Below are positions 12,101 to 13,047 of a stretch of DNA of 13,047 nt, one piece after another. The notes under the pieces were generated by a model that searched no databases, was not told where the DNA came from, and saw only the letters and a list, made by a program, of their open reading frames with translations. This stretch comes from a virus (taxonomy: Duplodnaviria; Heunggongvirae; Uroviricota; Caudoviricetes), in IMG/VR virus record IMGVR_UViG_2529292837_000006. The stretch is one strand, 5' to 3'. Numbering within the stretch: the first letter of the stretch is position 1; every line of letters starts with the position of its first letter. Both the position numbers and the translations under genes were made by a program.

Positions 12101-12420
12101 TTAGCGGTACGGCTGCTTCAGCCGGTGCACATACCCATTCGATGACATTTGTTTCAGGTGGTTCCAGTGGTGCTCCGGGAAGTGGATCACCTGATTATTC
12201 TAAATACAGTGTTAACACTTCTTCTGCAGGCGCTCATACGCACTCTGTATCGGGTACTGCTGCAAGCGCAGGCGCACATGCACATACTGTCGGTATTGGT
12301 GCTCATACGCACTCCGTTGCGATTGGTTCACATGGACACACCATCACCGTTAACGCTGCTGGTAACGCGGAAAACACCGTCAAAAACATCGCATTTAACT
12401 ATATTGTGAGGCTTGCATAA
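9193..12420 (+). CDS. stf: Side tail fibre protein Stf, full length and mosaic (about 1075 aa from the ATG)
   Basis: Uninterrupted ORF; the ORF track starts at GTG 9187 but the ATG at 9193 gives [26 protein letters not shown], the lambda Stf N-terminus. Contains an Ala/Ser/Thr-rich low-complexity region with repeated K[TS]SETNA motifs, two tandem fibre repeats ([28 protein letters not shown] and [28 protein letters not shown]), and a C-terminus with GAHTHS/GAHAHT/GSHGHT HxH motifs ending ...[22 protein letters not shown]. Stop overlaps the tfa start (TAATG). Confidence 0.9.
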   Translation: MAVKISGVLKDGTGKPVQNCTIQLKAKRNSTTVVVNTLASENPDEAGRYSMDVEYGQYSVILLVEGFPPSHAGTITVYEDSRPGTLNDFLGAMTEDDARPEALRRFELMVEEVARNASAVAQNTAAAKKSASDAGTSAREAATHATDAAGSARAASTSAGQAASSAQSASSSAGTASTKASEASKSAAAAESSKSAAATSAAAAKTSETNAAASQQSAATSASAATTKASEAATSARDAAASKEAAKSSETNASSSASSAASSATAAGNSAKAAKTSETNARSSETAAGQSASAAAGSKTAAASSASAASTSAGQASASATAAGKSAESAASSASTATTKAGEATEQASAAARSASAAKTSETNAKASETSAESSKTAAASSASSAAPSASSASASKDEATRQASAAKGSATTASTKATEAAGSATAASQSKTTAESAATRAEAAADRAEEIAGAVAMEDASLTTKGVVKLSSAVDSTSESLAATPKAVKAANDNANSRVPSNRKVNGKALTADITLTPKDIGTLNSVTMSFSGGAGWFKLATVTMPQASSIVYIALIGGAGYNVGSPHQAGISELVLRAGNGNPKGITGALWKRTAVGLTNFAWINTSGDTYDIYVEIGNYATSVNIHWDCTANASVSVYTSPTYSASKPSSVTYGVVYTMYSSHQKPTPSDIGALPTTGGTVSGPLSVTGGLTGSLNGNASTATKLQTARSIGGVVFDGSANINLPGVNTTGNQNTTGNAATATKLQTARKISGVPFDGSTDITLTAAHVAAFARRATDTYADADGGVPWNAESGAYNVTRSGDTYILVNFYTGVGSCRTLQMKAHYRNGGLFYRSSRDGYGFEEDWAEVYTSKNLPPESYPVGAPIPWPSDTVPSGYALMQGQTFDKSAYPKLAAAYPSGVIPDMRGWTIKGKPASGRAVLSQEQDGIKSHTHSASVSSTDLGTKTTSSFDYGTKSTNNTGAHTHSVSGTAASAGAHTHSMTFVSGGSSGAPGSGSPDYSKYSVNTSSAGAHTHSVSGTAASAGAHAHTVGIGAHTHSVAIGSHGHTITVNAAGNAENTVKNIAFNYIVRLA
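9545..10560 (+). repeat. Low-complexity Ala/Ser/Thr-rich repetitive coding region inside stf
   Basis: About 330 codons dominated by A/S/T with recurring KTSETNA-type motifs (about 9805, 9931, 10015, 10266); the repetitive GC-rich DNA leaves long ORFs open in several frames on both strands. Confidence 0.7.
11290..11496 (+). repeat. Two tandem phage tail-fibre repeat units inside stf
   Basis: Two 28-aa units sharing G-N-A[25 protein letters not shown], about 120 nt apart. Confidence 0.6.
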
Positions 12421-13004
12421 TGGCATTCAGAATGAGTGAACAACCACGGACCATAAAAATTTATAATCTGCTGTCCGGAACTAATGAATTTATTGGTGAA
12501 GGTGATGCATATATTCCGCCTCATACAGGTCTGCCAGCAAACAGTACCGATATTGCACCGCCAGATATTCCGGCTGGTTTCGTGGCTGTTTTCAACAGTG
12601 ATGAGGCATCGTGGCATCTCGTTGAAGACCATCGGGGTAAAACGGTTTATGACGTAGCGTCAGGGGACGAGTTATTTATTTCTGAACTCGGTCCGTTACC
12701 GGAAAATGTTACCTGGTTATCGCCGGAAGGGGAGTTTCAGAAGTGGAACGGCACAGCCTGGGTGAAAGATGCAGAAGCAGAAAAACTGTTCCGGATCCGG
12801 GAGGCGGAAGAAACAAAAAACAGCCTGATGCAGGTAGCCAGTGAGCATATTGCGCCACTTCAGGATGCTGTAGATCTGGAAATCGCAACGGAGGAAGAAA
12901 CCTCATTGCTGGAAGCCTGGAAAAAGTATCGGGTGTTGCTGAACCGTGTTGATACATCAACTGCACCTGATATTGAGTGGCCTACGAACCCTGTCAGGGA
13001 GTAA
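12420..13004 (+). CDS. tfa: Tail fibre assembly protein Tfa, 194 aa
   Basis: 194-codon ORF with ATG at 12420 overlapping the stf stop; [54 protein letters not shown]..., same length and near-identical N-terminus to lambda Tfa as I recall it. Confidence 0.93.
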   Translation: MAFRMSEQPRTIKIYNLLSGTNEFIGEGDAYIPPHTGLPANSTDIAPPDIPAGFVAVFNSDEASWHLVEDHRGKTVYDVASGDELFISELGPLPENVTWLSPEGEFQKWNGTAWVKDAEAEKLFRIREAEETKNSLMQVASEHIAPLQDAVDLEIATEEETSLLEAWKKYRVLLNRVDTSTAPDIEWPTNPVRE

Positions 13005-13047
13005 TCATTGGGATTATGCCGCAGCACGTCTTAAGCAAGAACGTGCT

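Overview
The window is one contiguous, + strand tail-morphogenesis module of a lambda-like (lambdoid) enterobacterial prophage, collinear with phage lambda gene order T(3' end)-H-M-L-K-I-J-lom-stf-tfa. I see no rRNA, tRNA, CRISPR array, IS element or recognisable defence/anti-defence cassette; the only accessory (moron) cargo is lom. Homology calls are from my memory of lambda proteins, not a database search. Most notable: (1) the tail-tip genes L and J are broken by several frame disruptions while H, M, K, I, lom, stf and tfa read through intact, suggesting a defective prophage (or, alternatively, localized indel errors in the assembly); (2) the side tail fibre gene stf is an uninterrupted 1077-codon mosaic with an expanded Ala/Ser/Thr-rich repetitive region and a shaft segment I do not recall from lambda Stf; (3) lom sits as a self-contained unit between two hairpin/T-run terminators. 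I did not find an obviously novel biological system in this window.
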